Source: Podarcis vaucheri
Lineage: Eukaryota
DNA: 64,000 bases
Reading direction: 5' to 3' (one strand)
Assembly (NCBI GenBank): GCA_965113315.1
Contig: OZ220366.1
Shown here in pieces: positions 1 through 12,300 of this stretch. The stretch's first letter is position 1; each line of letters begins with the position of its first letter. A program made the translations under genes and the position numbers. The notes under the pieces are model-generated. The model had not been told where the DNA came from, made no database searches, and saw nothing but the letters and a program-made list of their open reading frames with translations.

Positions 1-362
1 TGCAGCTTCGGAGTAGTCAGTGAGGCACAGCCTCCAGTTGTTGTTGGAGCACAACTCCCATCAGCTTAAGGCAGCATGGGAAATGGTCAGGGATGATGGG
101 AACCGGAGGCCAGCAATGTTGGCTAATTAGAGCACTTCTACAAGCCTTTCTCTGTTTGTGTGAATATAATAGCATCTATCTGCCTCACAGGAAATTAGTA
201 CTGAGATGTAATGAAACTGACTGCCCACGCACCTAGCTATGCCATCCACTCCATAAAGTTTAAAGTTTGGTGCAGCATTGATTAATATGATATCATGAAA
301 TCTTGGAGTGAGAGCAGGAGCAGGAAGTAATGGTTTGTCCCTCCTGCCCCCAGTGTCTTCTA

Positions 363-610
363 AAAGGAGGAGGAGGAGTTTGGATTTTATATCCTGCTTT
401 ATCACTATCCGAAGGAGTCTCAAAGTGGCTAACATTCTCATTTCCCTTCCTCCCCCACAACAAACACTCTGTGGGGTGAGTGGGGCTGAGAGACTTCAGA
501 GAAGTGTAACTAGCCCAAGGTCACCCAGCAGCTGCATGTCGAGGAGCGGGAAAGCGAACCCAGTTCACCAGATTACGAGTCCACTGCTCTTAACCACTAC
601 AGCACACTGG
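363..610 (-). mobile_element. tRNA-derived MIR/CORE-like SINE
   Basis: Minus strand has an A-box-like TAGTGGTTAAGAGC, a B-box-like GGGTTCGCTTTCCC, a CORE-like GGGTGACCTTGGGCTAGTTAC and a (CTC)n tail. Confidence 0.78.
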
Positions 611-803
611 ACTAGGAAGTGTTGGAGAAATGGCACCCAGCAGCAATGGAAAGTCCAAAAATCACTGCCAGGACCATACAAATAGCCAACAGCGACAAAC
701 AAAACAAAATGGAGATGGGTGCACTTTTGTGTAACCTTTACCCTGCCTCCCCCCAAATATCCCAGAGTCAAGCTAAAAAATGGGTGCCTTATGTGTAATG
801 TAA

Positions 804-948
804 AGAATCATAGAATCATCAAGTTGGAAGGGACCACAAGGATCATCTAGTCCAACCACCTGCAGTGCAGGAATCTTTCACCGAACATGGGACTCAAACC
901 CACAGGCCCTGAGAGTCAGAGTCTCCTGAGCCTTATACCACTGAGCCT
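804..948 (-). mobile_element. tRNA-Lys-derived SINE with CR1-like 3' tail
   Basis: Degenerate tRNA head followed by TTCCTGCACTGCAGGTGGTTGGACTAGATGATCC...TTCCAAC...ATTCTATGATTCT. Confidence 0.8.
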
Positions 949-1023
949 TATAACACTTTACATTAGCTGCGTTTCCTGCATTGCAGGGGGTTGAACTGGA
1001 TGACCCTTGGGATACTTTCCAAC

Positions 1024-1414
1024 CAGTGTTAAAAACCGAGATATGAAAGCTAGGAGCTAAATGGCACCTTAAACCTAGGTTATGGGCGCAACAACGGAAT
1101 GTCTAGGCACGCTTTGTTAATAACAAGAATACAAAGCTGAAAATGAATGAACTGCAGCTAAAATACTATGTTCATTTTTCGCATGGTCTAGCCCTTCCCC
1201 TGCCCACCCCCCTAATATTCTTAAGAGGGTCTCTTCTCCAGTTTTCAGAGAGTAGCTGGAAGTAGGGAGGCAGAGAAAGGTCCCCCTTTCCTTCTACTCT
1301 GCAGTTTTAATGTGAAAACTGAGGTGTAGTACTGTGCCCAGAACTCAGACTACTTGCACTAATGAAATTCCCTATCACAAAGTGCACCTAGAACAATGGG
1401 AGTTTTGAACACTG
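1024..1414 (+). mobile_element. Non-autonomous hAT-type DNA transposon, copy 1
   Basis: TIR CAGTGTT...AACACTG. 8-bp TSD TTTCCAAC/TTTCCAGC. Colinear homolog at 57952-58380. Confidence 0.88.
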
Positions 1415-1447
1415 TTTCCAGCTATAGTTCCATTATTATTTCCCTAT

Positions 1448-1475
1448 TGTTGTTGTTGTTGTTGTTGTTGTTGTT
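1448..1475. repeat. (TTG)n microsatellite
   Basis: Direct reading. Confidence 0.95.
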
Positions 1476-1629
1476 ATATTGGTTACTTGCATGTTAACTA
1501 CAACACGCTAAAAACCTGAAAATAAATACATTATACATAAAAGCAAAACAAAGCAGAAGAAACCTCCCCCCCCCAACAGCTGTAAAATGCAACATGTAAA
1601 ATATTTAGATGTAGAATGCGTATTGTTAC

Positions 1630-2282
1630 TCTTATTATTAATGGACAATTTGGAAGTTTTACCTGCCGTTCACCAGAAGGTCATAGGGTAGGTTACAACA
1701 ACATATAAACACAATATTGAAATCAGGTAAAACAACTCACTATTTACTATCCAAAGAACAGAGTGGATTCACAAATTACTACAGTGGTACCTCGGGTTAA
1801 GAATTTAATTCGTTTCGGAGGTCCGTTCTTAACCTGAAACTGTTCTTAACCTGAAGCACCACTTTAGCTAATGGGGCCGCCGCTGCGCGATTTCTGTTCT
1901 TATCCTGAAGCAAAGTTCTTAACCCGAGGTACTACTTCCAGGTTAGTGGAGTCTGTAATCGGAAGCGTCTGTAACCTGAAGCGTCTGTAACCTGAGGTAC
2001 CACTGTATCTTGGCTACCAAAGGCCCAGGCAAGGAGGCGTGTCTTCAGCGTATGATGAGTGCTGTACATTGAAAGGGTCAGGCGCTCCTGTGGGGTGATG
2101 AAATTCCACAGCTGCCACAGAAAATGCCCTCTTCTAGGCTGCCAACCCCTGAACATCTGAGGGAGGCAGAATTACTAAGAGGGCCCTACCAAACTCAGTA
2201 TAGGTTTTAGGGAAGGAGGTGGTCTTTCACATATTTGGGGCCTGCATCTTTTAGAGCTTTGAACCCTAATGTCAACACCTTC
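1630..2282 (-). mobile_element. Degenerate L2 3' end interrupted by MITE 1782-2005
   Basis: The minus strand shows L2-like GGCATTTTCTGTGGCAGCTGTGGAAT and CTGAAGACACGCCTCCTTGCCTGGGCCTTT (LKTRLLAWAF), then an AT-rich 3' UTR. Confidence 0.62.
1782..2005. mobile_element. Tc1/mariner(pogo)-type MITE, copy 1
   Basis: TIR CAGTGGTACCTCGGGTTA/TAACCTGAGGTACCACTG with TA TSD. Confidence 0.92.
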
Positions 2283-3277
2283 TGATGTGCTGCTGATTCT
2301 GTGCATGTCTGTAATTGTGAACACATCAGCTCCAGTCTAACACAGAATTAGGTGAACCTGCTCAGGTGTGCTTAAACAGGTTCCAGATTATTCAGTGAAA
2401 CTGTGCATTGTTGGAAACCACCCTGATATCATGTTGATGTGATGAAGGGTGGTCTGCAATATAAAACAACAACAGATAAACTGAAAGTGGTTAGTTGAGC
2501 AGTACTCTGACCAAGGTTAATTTAGGCCTTCTCTATTGGTAGCCTTTTACCTAAAGAAGCTCAGTGATTACATGACAGATCTCATGATGCCTTTGCAATT
2601 CATTCTTGCATGAGAATTCAGAACAGGGCATAGAAGGCACCTATCAACAAGCATCTCTGTCCCATTGTATACTGTTGACAAGTCATTTTAGCAATTTGAA
2701 ATTTGAAGCGTGATGACCATAGGCAACTACCATTGCAGACACATAACACAAACGCAGTTATGGTCTGTGCTGCCACTGACATGCTTTTTGCAATGATATT
2801 GTTGGGTGTTTTTCAACTCAATCTAGGCTAGAAGCTTCTCAGTTGTTGCTGTTGTTGTTTTGCCAGTTATTTTTATTGATTATCCTATTTTAACCCAGTT
2901 ACACAAATTAATTCCAAATTAATACAATTTCGTTTAAGTGGTTTCCCGCACACTGTTTTTAATGCATCTTTATGATCTAATATTACTGAGTTTCATATTC
3001 TTATTTACTTCTATTACATTACATTTTATCACATAGTCAACAGCTGTATTCATGCTATTATATTATTTAACTTTCAGAAATCTTCCAAGTGAGAAACAAT
3101 ATATTTTTCCTTTTCAACCTGTGTGTGCCACGTCCAAAAATCAGTTGTTAATCTCTTTGCCTTATATGTCTGTCTCTGGTGTTTTCTTTTTCCTGTGGCA
3201 TTTTGGACTATCTCTTTGCTCCCACTGTTGTGGTTATTCCAGCCTGCTTGGGGCGGAGCTGCAGATTCAAGATTTAC

Positions 3278-3314
3278 CCTCCTCCTCCTCCTCCTCCTCC
3301 TCCTCCTCCTCCTC
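3278..3314. repeat. (CCT)n microsatellite
   Basis: Direct reading. It explains the poly-S/R/L/P ORFs. Confidence 0.95.
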
Positions 3315-3575
3315 AGCTCCATCCCATAATGCTCAAGCAGTTCCAAATGACAACAACAGATCCCTCCCTTCCACTAGTAGGCTGAATCAACAAGTTCCAG
3401 AGATTCTGGGAAGGGAGGGAGAAGAGAGGGCAATTCCTCTTCCAACATCCAAAGAGCCCTCGCACTGTTTCTCAAGTCCCAAAATTCCTTTTGCCTCTGC
3501 CATAGCATTTTACTTTTGGGCCAAATAGGTTATATCTCAACATCTCCACAGTCTCTTTCTTTCTTTATTTTAAAT

Positions 3576-3586
3576 GGGGGGGGGGG

Positions 3587-3640
<54 letters not shown>
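3576..3640. repeat. poly-G + (GA)n microsatellite
   Basis: Direct reading. Confidence 0.95.
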
Positions 3641-3643
<3 letters not shown>

Positions 3644-4744
3644 GTTGTAGCTTCCAAGTGACATCCATACCAGGCTGTCCCCCGCCCCATTTTGCTCCTT
3701 TCAAACCACTTTACATCTTCTTTTAAATCTCTGTGTTACATAGTGCATCAAACCAGCCTCACTTGTATATCTTTAAATCCAGTGTTTGGAGAGGGTTGCC
3801 AAATCATAAAAGTAAGGACTTCCATAAAATATAGCAGAGAGCCCCCACCACCACTCTTCCATCCTCCTTGAACACAAGATAGAATCTTCTCCCAATTTCA
3901 AACCTCAGTTCCATGTATAAAACTGAGTGCCTCTGCCCGCCCCCATGCTGATCCATGCAGGAGTGAGCCATTCAAGGGACCTGAGAGGTTTCTAGAGAAT
4001 GATTTAACCCCTCCCATTCCCCTTTTAACCCCTCCCATACCCCTGTGCCTCTCTCTGATGTTGAAAGAGCCTCTGCCATGGCGTGGGACCAGAACTTTTC
4101 AGTTCTTCTTATGTACTTGTAAGAAGGACATGGTCTATATAAACAGTAACACACACCCAAGAATTTGGGTCTCATCTCAGTCACCAACAAAGGGATTCCA
4201 ATTACTTAACAGCAATAGCATTCTATCTGTATAATGCTCAACAAGGTACTTTTTAAGGTACAAGGTACTTTTCAACCTCTACGCTTATGATTCTTGAGGG
4301 GTAGATCGTTCAGTGGAAATACACATCTTTTGCTTAAAGGAGGCCCCCGATGCAGATTACAGCATTTCTAGTTAAATTGCAGACTGAATTGCTAAACCTA
4401 ATTGCTGGATATGGTCTGATGGCATGAGGTCCACGATGTGCATGGGTCCAGTCAGTGGGAGACCATCTAGGAACAGTGTGTGTGCTTCTTTGGGTTCTAT
4501 GCTGGAAGAAAAGCAGAATATAAATGCAAAAAGATCAAAAATATTCAGAGGTGGTTTCCATGCATAGAGCTAACACATGGAGGGTGGAGTAGAAACAGAC
4601 TTCCCATCTCTGCCCTCAACATTGTGAGCTGTGCATGCCCTACCCTTGAAGTCTACACATGGATCACAGAACTCTGAAAGGGAGCAGCTATGTATGAGCA
4701 ACTGTTCATATGTGGCCATCCCTTTTCGGGTAGGGATCTGCACA

Positions 4745-4990
4745 GAGTGCTATGGTAGAGCATCCACTTTAGATGCAGAATAGGGCTGAGAATGCGCCCC
4801 ATCTGAAATCATGGAGAATTGCTGCCAATCAGTGTAGACCAGCCTGTCCCAACCTTGAACCTGCAGATGTTGTTGGACTACAGCCCCCATCACCTGTCAC
4901 CACTGGTCTTGCTAGCTAGTGGTGGTGGTAGTCCAACAACATCTGGGGATCCAAGGTTGGGAAAGAGTGGTGTAGACAATACAAAGCTAT
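4745..4990 (+). mobile_element. Squam3-like tRNA-derived SINE remnant interrupted by a hAT MITE
   Basis: TGGTAGAGCATCCACTTTAGATGCAGAA...CTGAAATCATGGAGAATTGCTGCCAATCAGTGTAGAC|AATACAAAGCTA. The family name is from recall. Confidence 0.6.
4840..4969. mobile_element. Palindromic hAT MITE
   Basis: Long imperfect inverted repeat. Perfect 8-bp TSD GTGTAGAC (4832-4839 and 4970-4977). Confidence 0.85.
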
Positions 4991-4996
4991 CTTGCT

Positions 4997-5569
4997 AGTA
5001 ATCCATGTGAAAACAAGCTAAGGGCTCTTAGTAGACAAGCTTGATATGAGTCAACAGTGTGATACAGCAGCAAAAAATGCTAATGTTATTCTAGGCTGCA
5101 TCAACAGAAGTATAATGTCCAGATCAAGGGAAGTAATAGGCCCACTCTGTTCTGCCTTGGTCAGACCACACTTGGAGTACTGTGGCCAGTTCTGGGCATC
5201 ACAGTTTAAGGATATTGGCAAGCTAGAATGTGTGCAGAGGGGGGAAATCATATGACCAAAGGTCTGGAAGCCAAGCCTTATGAAGAACAGTTGAGGGAGT
5301 TGGGTATGTTTAGCCTGGAAAAGAGGAGACTGAGAGGAGATATGATAGCTATCTTCAAATATCTCAAGGGCTGTCTCATGGAAGACAGAGCAAGCTTGTC
5401 TTCTTCTGCTTCTGATAGGACTTGTACCAATGGATTCAAGTTACAAAAAAGGACATTCTGACTAAACATCAGGAAGAACTTTCTGACAATGAGAGCTGTT
5501 CAACAGTGGAACAGACTCCACTGGAAGGTGGTGGACTCACCTTCCTTTGAGGTTTATAAGCAGAGGTTG
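4997..5569 (+). mobile_element. Older CR1 ORF2 3' fragment
   Basis: [22 protein letters not shown]...LVRPHLEYC and [16 protein letters not shown], frameshifted and diverged from the long copy. Confidence 0.93.
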
Positions 5570-6298
5570 CTGAGGAACATTCCAAAGTTAAACACACAGT
5601 AATGCATTTAAGCATTCCCAGTTTCAGTAAATTAAAGCAAGACCTGCCCTAAAAGACAAAACCGCTCTGCTTATTTCACCTGTACACTGTTTTGTTCAGT
5701 TTCCCTCAATGAAGTATTAATGGTATCTTTTTCTCTCTAGACTCTGCTTCATTCAAGTCACTTTGCTAACAAGTATTATGGTCCACTTCATCAGACTAGA
5801 ACCTACTTCATCAGATGCATGAAGTGTTTTCATGGGAGATAGCTATATAGGCAGGGATAATGAAACACAGAAAGTACAAACAGTGACAATTACTTTATTA
5901 ACACTTAACATTCACAATTAATGTGCAGGCGATAACACAAACAATCTGCCATTGATCCACTAATTAACATAGGTAGCATGATTTTTTAAAACCCACTGCA
6001 CCACTCAAGCCACGGGTGACAGAACTAAACCACTTGATAAATTGTAATTCGGTGTAAAATAATCAAAGCTAATGGGGGATTTTTCCAGATTCCTTATGCA
6101 CTATAAGAGTGAGAGTGATATTGAAAAAAATGCTTTCAGACCCTGCCAAGAGGAATCTTGGGTGGGAAGAAATGGGTGGGTCAGGAATTGGACTCTGCAG
6201 CACTTCCACTGGGGGGTGGTATCCATTTCTAGAAATATTCCCATTCTGAAAACAGCATTACATTCTTCAAAAAGGAAGCAATCAGGCCACAAGTTTAG

Positions 6299-6300
<2 letters not shown>

Positions 6301-6332
<32 letters not shown>
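6301..6332. repeat. (GT)n microsatellite
   Basis: Direct reading. Confidence 0.95.
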
Positions 6333-6334
<2 letters not shown>

Positions 6335-9300
6335 CGAAGGACTGTAGCATGAAAAACTGCTGTGGTGGGTAAACCAGTGATACAGCTGGAATATTGTGCC
6401 CACTGGCCCCACCCTGGCAAAATACAGATCAAGATATTTGTTTTGTTTCCCTGTTTTTTTAAAACAATAAATTCTCTTTTCGCTCAGCTATTGCCTGCAG
6501 CTTTTGCTTGCTTGCTTGCTAGCTTCATATTGATTAGGTGTGACCCTCTTGTTGAACTATTTCCCCCTTTAACCTGCTAAACTTAAAATATAACATGCTT
6601 CTCTGTGTTTGCATGTGTATGAAGAAGAGAGTTTTATGCTTCTCGAGGTCTGTAAATCAGGTCAAGTTTGCTACACATGGAGCTCCTTTAGGCGGATTCC
6701 AGAGAGTGGCTGAGAACAATTGATTAGCCCCTCTATGTTGGTGAACAAATAAATGCCTTTTGCCATTAGAAGGAATTTGGCCCTGAGCAGCTTTGTTTTC
6801 TACAGTGAATGGAATAGTTAACTTAGAGGAATCGGGAATATATGTACAATAGGAACTGTCTGGTGCAGTGTTCCTTTTCCACTATTCATTTGTTCTTGCT
6901 TTTGGCTTTTCTTCGCTGTTCCCTTTTTCCCCTATGCTACAGCTGCATCCTAGATTCGCATGCAGATGGCTAAGCATATGGCAAATAGGTAATGGCATTG
7001 CCATTTGATAGGTGTTTGGAATTTTCCATTGCTTATTTGTATAGCATTTTTGTGTGTTCAAGGTACTTCACATGTAATTGTGATTCTTCCAGCAACCTTG
7101 CAAGATAACCCACTATTATTACAAATTCCCCATATTGCAAATTGGTGAATGCAGACTAAGAAAGGTTAGCCCAGAGCTACCTATTGGGTTTGTGGCAGAG
7201 GATAGAATAGAATTGACTTCCTACTTTGCATCTCAGGGTGTAAAAGCAGCAAGGGCAGGAAATCCACAGAGCAGCTCCAGCTCCTCCAAGCTATTTGATA
7301 TGGCCCACCAACCCCCATATCTCCCAATCATAGGACTGGGATAGGAGGAGAGGTTCCTCTCTAGTGCTACACTGTTTGGGAGGGAAATGGTTGTCTCTGC
7401 TCTTCAGAATCTTGGATATGAAAAGCAGAGACAGGCATTGCCTTTTCCCTCACAAATTGCTGGTTAATAGCCCAGAATGGTCAGATGATGAGAGTTCATT
7501 CTTAGGACCTGTGGCCCTCCAGTTGTTGTTGGATTGCAGGCTACCAGTTCCAGCCAACATGGAATGATGGGAGGTGTAGTATTACACACACCAGCTAAGG
7601 GAAGGGTAAGCAGGTGTATGTGAAAACAGTTGGGAGCAGACAGAGAGGGAGGGAGAGAGGGCAATGTGAATTGGCTAGGCATTTTGAGGTGCATGTCCTC
7701 TCTATAGAGATTGGATGGTATCACTTATGTTTAACGTGTATGTTTGCAAAGTCACCCAAATCAGGGATGGCAGTCACACACTTTCTCCCCAGGTCACATC
7801 CATCACTGGCCCTGTTTAATACCCTAAGTGTTTTTGCCTGGTGGAATTTGTCCTTGAACTCTTTTGGTGCCTGCCTGGACGAAGGCTAGACAGGGCTGTA
7901 ACATTCACATTTGTTGCTTTGCCCAGTTTTGCATCTGGAGACACCCATTGCTGGCAGATGGCTTCCAGAAGATTGCTCAGGAGGGCCAAAAACGGTTCCC
8001 CATCCCTGGTGTAGATTGTATGAAAATGTCACTTGTCTCCAGTACTCTCTCATCCAATGCAACACAACCCCCTGTAGGGCTGCACCTGGAATTTCTCACT
8101 ATGTGGGAAGTGGAAAGCACACAGCAGTGCTTTGGAGGAAGTGGGAAAGCCTGCTCTGGGTGAGCCAGGGGAAGTTTGCAATATCAACAGCTGCAATGTC
8201 TACTTGCAGACTTTCTGTCCACATCCCCTCTTCGACCTGGCACAGTGTCCAATGTCTTAGAAACACCTAGACTGTCTCCCCCTTCTGTCATATGCAGCTC
8301 AGAAGTCCACTGTGGCGCAGGCAAGCAAAGCAGCTGCTTGCAACTGCCCCTGACCCACAGTAAACAATAATTATTGGCATGTCCCTTGTGTGGCCCTTCA
8401 GCTCTGGTGATAAGAGTTGGTGGAGCTGCAATTAGAAAGGCAGTAAACTCGAGAGAGTGCAAAAAAGCACACTTCAGAGGTAATTTGGAGGGAGATAAAC
8501 AGTGGGAGGTACCAGCACTGAAAGGAGATTCTGTCTTAATAAACACAACAGCTCGCACCCAGGGAGAGGAAATAAACAGCAGCGACTCCAACAATAAGTA
8601 GAGAACAGCCAGCTGCATTAGGCTCCTAAAGTAACTTTAATGGCACTTTTTCTGGGGAGCCTTTTTTGTAAAGTAGCTTTCCTTCATCTCACCAATCACT
8701 TGGTAGTGCCGCATGGAATGGAAGCAGTCAGTCGAGGCTATGTGAGAGACCTGCCCAAAGAGGCATCTCAATCATCTAAAGTGATCTCATTATAATAAAA
8801 ACTGAGACCTAACCAGGTCTCCCACGCTGCTTCGGAATTCATACATCTTCCCTGCCATGTCAGTGTGCTCTCTTCACATGGCAACTGAAGGTGGAACTTT
8901 GTATTGCAAATAGGAATGAGGGGTGGTGGTGGCTTGGCTCAGATTTTAGTATAAACCTACCTCAATTGCACTTTCTGAAATACTAGGCAAACTGAAGCAC
9001 ATCTCTCTTTTGAAATCCATGCTTCGAATTTTATGAGGCACTTCTGCAACAAAATGTGTACAAAAAAGTGTAAATTAGGGGGAATGGATAGGTTTGTGGA
9101 AATAACATAAAAAGGATTGTATTAGGGAAATTTGCATGCAAAATGTGTATATTAGGAGAAATTTGCCCTAGAATGCTGACAAGCTTGCACCAGCTTTTTT
9201 CTTCTTCTGCAAACTGATGCAGACATGTGTAAAGATGAACTTAATGGGAAAAACAGGAACTGAGAGAAAATGAAATTGAGAGAGTTGAAAGAGTAAGTGG

Positions 9301-12300
9301 TAAAACTTCATTCTTCCTACTAACTTTCAGGGTGACTGGAAGTTACCCAGGCTTCCTTTCATTGATTTTGTTTAGGGATGAATTAATTAATACTCTTCCA
9401 ATCCAAACATATATATGTGTTAACAAATATATGTATTCAAGTGAGTGACCTTTGGATAGTTTTTTTTAGAGCAGCTTTATTTCAGCATTTGGAATTTCTG
9501 CTGTTTTGTTCCTGCCCCTTCATCATATGCCTTGAGTTCATCAATCAACCACTGGCAAGACTTCAAAAAACAATGTAAGAAATGAATGACATTGTGAATA
9601 AGGAGTTGGCTGCTGAAACTGAAGTGTCCACTTCCTCTGTAAAGTTGATATTTGGGTTCCACTTAACGAATTCATACTGCATCCAAAATTTCAACTAGGC
9701 AAATTTTGATCAATGCTGACTTTATTTAGATATTATTTTCAGCACTACAATATTACTTTCAGCACTAAGATAGATAGATATCACTATCTATCATCTATAT
9801 CTATCTATCTTCAGAAAGGCATTAAGTAACACATAATGCAAATATGGCCCAACAAGTGTCTGTCTTATTCCTGACCCAGTACAATGCCAGCAGTAGGTTA
9901 TATACTGGGGGCCAGAGCTGGTCTTCTACATGATTGACCAAATGTTGAAAGTGCTCTTGGAGTGTACTATTTCACACTGCAAGTAAGGTGTCACATGGTT
10001 GAAAGGACCCTCATCAAAAGGAGCACATCATGGAAAGCAAGAATGCAAGGAAGAAACCTAGACTAGAACCCCTTCATTGCATTCCTCTGCCTGAATTCTC
10101 AAATATGAGAATTCTCAAACTATTAAGGAACAGTTTTACCATGTGATCTCCAGTTTGCGCACAAATCTTGCAATACCAGTCACTTGTTAGGCAGGGTGAT
10201 GCCCTGGAGGTGGTGTCATGCTGAAGGTGAAAACACTCATGGGGATTATTGCATTCATGTTCCTGGTTATAAAGCTATCACTTCTGTCCCAGATTCTATT
10301 GGTCCTTCTATACTGCATTATCTGTTGCTTTATGGAACTGTGGCTTTTCCAATGCTTTACCACCATGTCTTGCTAAACTTCATCCACACCAGTGGACATG
10401 AGGTGACCCAACAACAGATGTCATTGGCTATGTTGCCACCCCTGCACTCTTTATGCACATATGCACTTCTGTTCCCCCTTAAGTCACCCATGAAAGCAGA
10501 GGGAAAGAACTGTATGCCATCATCCCACCTCAAATACCAACACACTATTTTCTGGATTAACGGGTTTTTGGGCAAACAGATTTTTCTTTTCTTTTCTGGA
10601 AGCAATTATCACAAAAGTGAGCTCTAAACTCCCACAAGATTCTACTAGATGTTCAGAAGTGGCTTTTATGTCATGCGAAAATTCACGTAAAACACAGAAA
10701 AGGTAACATCAGGAAAATGGAATAAAGTGCTGTCCGAATGAAACCATAATTTATGCAGCTGTAGCTCTACCACCTGGTAAGCAGAGCTGAATTCCACTCT
10801 AAATGCTCTCCTTACTTCCATGGGCCCAGGGATAAAGCTGTGCATCCCTAGTCTCTGCTGCTGCTAACAACCTGAACTTCTCCATCAACATGTATCTAAA
10901 ATGGCTTGTAGAGCTAGCTACCTGTTTGAAGGTATCTTGCGTGTGGTGCACTTTGCATCTCTACTTGTGTGGTATATTATACATAATACAGGCTAGTATA
11001 TTAGGGTAAATTAGATACATGGAAACCTCATTCTGTTTAGAGGGCTGGGGCTGTATGATCTTCAGGTTCTTCTTTCCCAGAGATTCACAATTGCCACTGA
11101 GTACACTCATGGCAAAATTATCCTGTGATATGCCAAGCTTTGCAGCTCTGGAAAAAAAAAAAAACCAGACAGGTGCCTGGGAGGCAGAAGACATTATTTT
11201 GTAAAGAGGGACAGGTGGCATTGTAGGAAAACACTAACAATTTGACATAATGATGCATGTGCCATGGAGAGCTATTTTGTGGTGGAAAAAAACGCCTAAT
11301 CCAGAAAACAGGAGATGGTTTTCTTTCTTGATAGGTTGTGTTATTAACAAGCAGGAAAAAAAGGAGTGAGCATATAAAGAGGGTGGCTCTTGCCCATGTG
11401 CTGAGCCCAGTTTCCCCAAAAGTCTCCAAGTAATCCAATCTGTTCTTTTAGAGACAACCTTGAGCTTTTGTGCTTTAGCCCTCTGTTGAGGTAGGGAAGC
11501 TTCTGCCCCATAGCATATTCAATCACAGACCATCTGAATGGACAAAGCAATTCACGCTTTGGTGAGATGGAGCTGGGCCTCATTTTCTCTTTTCCCGGTA
11601 ATATCTTCTCATAAACCTGCCATGTGTTTGGACAGATGTATAGAGAGATGAATGGTTTTAAGAATACAGGGAGATAGATATCTTTATTGGATAGACTGTA
11701 ATTATGAAGTTAATGAAGCTATAAGAGCAGACCCAATCAGGAGGTGAATGCAACACAGCTTCAGCTGCTTCTTTTAACCCCACTAATGGCGAGAGCCTGC
11801 CTTGGTAAGCTATAGCAGTGGTCTTCAACCTTTCCTGACAGTGGATTTGCCTTTTACCACAACCTGCAATATGGGAGTAGTGTTAAAAAATAATGATTGC
11901 AGGTGTCCTGTCAGTGTTTTCTCTGTCAGTCTTTCTCCTACAAGACTTTTCTATTTTAAGGCTGCCAATTTTCCATCTACCTACTTCACTTGTGACTGAC
12001 CGATTGATGGACAAAAATGGCACCTGCCACTTTTCTTCCACCATAGGAAGCCAAAGTAACCAACATCATACAGACTTTATTTATTAATTATCAATACAGC
12101 ACCTTTTTATAAGTCCTTCCAATGCAGCTTACAAGTAGCATCCATACAGAGAAGATAAAGTAATACAATTGCAATTAAAAATATCAAAGTGTAGGTCACC
12201 GGGATCCTTCACACAGGGCAGTTGATAGGTGATGACCATGTGGGAGCACAGAGAGCTGGAGTAGATACCTAACTTTATCTTTGTCTGCCTCCCTCATTCT

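Noticed and set aside
3052-3528. ORFs with poly-Ser/Arg/Leu/Pro tracts
   Set aside because: These are artefacts of the (CCT)n microsatellite, with no domain signal.
2860-3930. Possible L1/Tx1 remnant on the minus strand
   Set aside because: The composition is suggestive, but I could not recover a diagnostic protein motif.
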